10,340 nt of DNA from the NCBI GenBank assembly GCA_964610875.1, contig CAZSWP010000027.1, positions 46,756 through 57,095 of the forward strand. Reading direction: 5' to 3'. Below, in pieces: positions 8,343 to 10,340 of this stretch. How positions within the stretch are numbered: position 1 is the stretch's first letter; the number at the start of each line of letters is the position of its first letter. The position numbers and the translations under genes were made by a program. This stretch comes from an uncultured archaeon. Its GTDB lineage: Archaea > Asgardarchaeota > Thorarchaeia > Thorarchaeales > Thorarchaeaceae. A model generated the notes under the pieces. That model was given only the letters and a program-made list of their open reading frames with translations, had not been told where the DNA came from and ran no database searches.

Positions 8343-8376
8343 GGAAGGGTGGTATTTTCCGTTATATCACCCTTCC
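8343..8376 (+). terminator. 13-bp hairpin immediately after the HAAS gene
   Basis: GGAAGGGTGGTAT/ATATCACCCTTCC, one G-U pair. Confidence 0.6.
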
Positions 8377-8482
8377 AAAATGTTTAGCCAGTACTAAACC
8401 TTATTTCTTTTCACGTGAATAATAACACAAAGCATCCAAGATTGGGGGCTATACTACATCGTAATGGTCGGATGATTAAGAT

Positions 8483-9493
8483 ATGCAGGACTTAGGATTC
8501 ATCGCATTAATCTTGAGAGATATTTCAATAGGGATATTATTCGTTGGTCTATTCTATACATTCGGGATGTTTCTACTTGGACGTCTCTTTTCTGTTATCT
8601 CAGAACATGGTGAAACGGAACATGATGTTGAGAAGGATTTCGACCACCATGTAGAGCATGACATCGAGAAGGATTTTGATCATGATGTTGACCACGACTA
8701 TGACCATGATATTGATCATGACTATGAACACGATGTGGATCATGATTACGACCATGATGTCGAACATGATTATGAGAAAGACTTTGATCATGATGTAGAA
8801 CATGACTACGAGAAAGACTTCGACCATGAGCATGGCTATGACACAGATATTGGCCATAGCGTTGAGAAGGATTTCGATCACGATGTGGACCATGATATTG
8901 AGAAAGATTTCGATCACCATGTAGAGCACGATGTTGAGAAAGACATGGACCATCATGTAGAGAAGGATATAGAACATGGTCCTGGACATGATGTTGATGT
9001 TGACCATGATGTAGAGAAAGACCACTCTGGATTCTTCGAAACCGAACGTGGCGCTCCACTCGGGGTGACCATTGGTACTAGTCTGGTGAGCTTTGGCTTC
9101 ATTGGTGCAATCATATACTATGAAGGAATTATGATACCCTTGGGCTTCAAAGTCCTCGCTCAATTCATATCTGTAGTACTTGTTGTGTATGCCGTTAGGA
9201 CTGTACTTGGAAAGGTCTTTGTAGAAGCAGGTTTCAATATTACTCCACGACATATTGTAGGAATGGAAGTGGAAGCAGCCTCTACCGTCAGAGATGATTT
9301 TGGTGAAGTACGAGCTGAAACAGAAATGGGCCTGAGAAGATTTCATGCAAGACCATTTCAAAAGGGAGTAGTATTTCAGAAAGGCTCTCCGCTATTTGTG
9401 ATTTCCGCAGATGATAAGTTTGTATATGTAGACCCAAGGAAGGAAGTATCGACCTGGCTTAAGAAACAGACTAGCAAGAAAAAAGAGAAGTAG
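8483..9493 (+). CDS. YqiJ/YuaF (short NfeD)-like membrane protein with His/Asp-rich repeat loop
   Basis: TM, HD-rich loop, two TMs (SLVSFGFIG), then an NfeD-like OB-fold pattern IVGMEVEAASTVRDDFGEV...FQKGSPLFVISADDKFVYV. Confidence 0.8.
   Translation: MQDLGFIALILRDISIGILFVGLFYTFGMFLLGRLFSVISEHGETEHDVEKDFDHHVEHDIEKDFDHDVDHDYDHDIDHDYEHDVDHDYDHDVEHDYEKDFDHDVEHDYEKDFDHEHGYDTDIGHSVEKDFDHDVDHDIEKDFDHHVEHDVEKDMDHHVEKDIEHGPGHDVDVDHDVEKDHSGFFETERGAPLGVTIGTSLVSFGFIGAIIYYEGIMIPLGFKVLAQFISVVLVVYAVRTVLGKVFVEAGFNITPRHIVGMEVEAASTVRDDFGEVRAETEMGLRRFHARPFQKGVVFQKGSPLFVISADDKFVYVDPRKEVSTWLKKQTSKKKEK
8618..9025 (+). repeat. Coding 12-nt (tetrapeptide) repeat (D/E)(H/K)D(V/I/F/Y)
   Basis: 33 tetrads plus two dipeptide register shifts over 136 aa. 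Confidence 0.95.
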
Positions 9494-9639
9494 ATTGCAA
9501 TCGAATCAACATAGCCTTGGTTATTTCTATTAAATACTAACGGTTCAAGCAGCGCAGAAACCCATCTTTATTTACAAATTTCGTAATAATAATACTTGAG
9601 CTATTCTCCTATAAGAACCGCGTTTTCTCCTCACTGCGC

Positions 9640-9664
9640 GAGGGAGGCCTTTTTTGCCTCCCTC
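9640..9664. terminator. Perfect 9-bp hairpin GAGGGAGGC/GCCTCCCTC
   Basis: Inverted repeat with CTTTTTT loop; function inferred. Confidence 0.45.
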
Positions 9665-9765
9665 AAACCTAATTCTTAATAATTATAATGTTGGAAATTC
9701 TTCGGAATTGCAATGCAGTTTTCTTTGACTTGTCAGAGTTTGGACCACAGTGTATCAGCGTCATA

Positions 9766-10276
9766 GGGTCGCTTATCGAAGATGGTGATTGGGATGGATC
9801 TCAGATATCGGTCATTGTAGATGGTCTCTCTGTGGGTTTCGTACAGCTCCCAGAATTCCAGACAGACCTAGACATCAGTGTATAGGTACTTATATACTCC
9901 TGACAAGAACAACTTGGTGAGGGTGTATTGACACACGAACGTGCTCTCACAAAGCCATTCCCAGTACCGCTCCTGGGAGGACAATGCTTTGGTGTCCAGA
10001 ATTGTCCAGCTTACAATGAACGGTATCTACAACTACTCCATTGTGGTCTACGACACCTCAAGCAACAGCATTAGTGATGTTGTATTTGTGACCGTATTAT
10101 CATCCACCACAACAACCACAAGCAGTACGACGATTACTGAAACTGACACTACCACTCCGACAACAACAGAACCAGTTACAGAGTCTCTACTACTCCTAGT
10201 TGTAATCGTATTGGGTGCTGGAGCTGCGATTGTCGTCTTGCTCATAGTGGCAGTTTACTTCAAGAGGAAACTGTGA
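9766..10276 (+). pseudogene. C-terminal remnant of a cell-surface protein (Ig-like domain, Thr-rich linker, TM anchor), split by an insertion
   Basis: GSLIEDGDWDGSQISVIVDGLSVG (9766-9837) joins in frame to IYNYSIVVYDTSSNSISDVVFVTV (from 10025), then poly-Thr, a TM helix and KRK. No signal peptide or N-terminal part is present. Confidence 0.7.
9835..10024. mobile_element. 187-bp non-coding insertion (MITE-like or intron-like) with GGT at both junctions
   Basis: Removing it restores the reading frame and domain; imperfect ~27-bp terminal inverted repeats; internal hairpins. Confidence 0.6.
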
Positions 10277-10340
10277 TGTGATTGCGAGGGGTTGCCAACA
10301 GTTACAAGAGATCTGGTCAAAGTTGGACATTTCTTTAGTG

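Noticed and set aside
8595-9361. Antisense ORFs of 154 aa and 253 aa
   Set aside because: Shadows of the 12-nt coding repeat, which lacks stop codons on the reverse strand.
9540-9565. GGTTCAAG resembling a tRNA T-loop
   Set aside because: No T-stem or cloverleaf can be formed.
9832-10024. Canonical group I, group II or bulge-helix-bulge intron
   Set aside because: No domain V or GUGYG at the frame-restoring junction; a U-ending exon with a G-ending intron adds or removes a residue; no 3-4-3 BHB could be drawn at the correct register.
9688-10276. Two independent genes (65 aa and 111 aa) and the antisense ORF 10048-10245
   Set aside because: Better explained as one interrupted gene remnant; parts of both ORFs are translated insertion sequence.

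Overview
AT-rich archaeal window (BRE/TATA promoters, GAGGTG-type Shine-Dalgarno sites). The gene content resembles Asgard archaea such as Thorarchaeota, but that assignment is inference. In order: (1) 3'-truncated family-5 ABC substrate-binding protein gene (-), missed by the ORF track; (2) an unannotated ~190-nt promoter-driven structured transcript (-); (3) HTH regulator with a Cys cluster plus a 2-TM partner; (4) membrane-anchored TlpA-like CxxC redoxin; (5) coiled-coil/winged-helix protein; (6) bPH_2 membrane protein; (7) YbjN-like protein; (8) divergent padR with a 4x14-bp operator array, coupled to a 915-aa HAAS-domain membrane protein built from 2-3 repeated TM modules; (9) YqiJ/YuaF(NfeD)-like protein with a 136-aa His/Asp tetrapeptide repeat and no flotillin neighbour; (10) a 5'-truncated surface-protein pseudogene whose Ig-like domain is split by a 187-bp structured insertion with GGT at both junctions. 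Best leads: the 187-bp insertion element, the candidate ncRNA, and a Psp-like membrane-stress cluster lacking PspA and flotillin. All family calls come from manual motif recognition; no searches were run.
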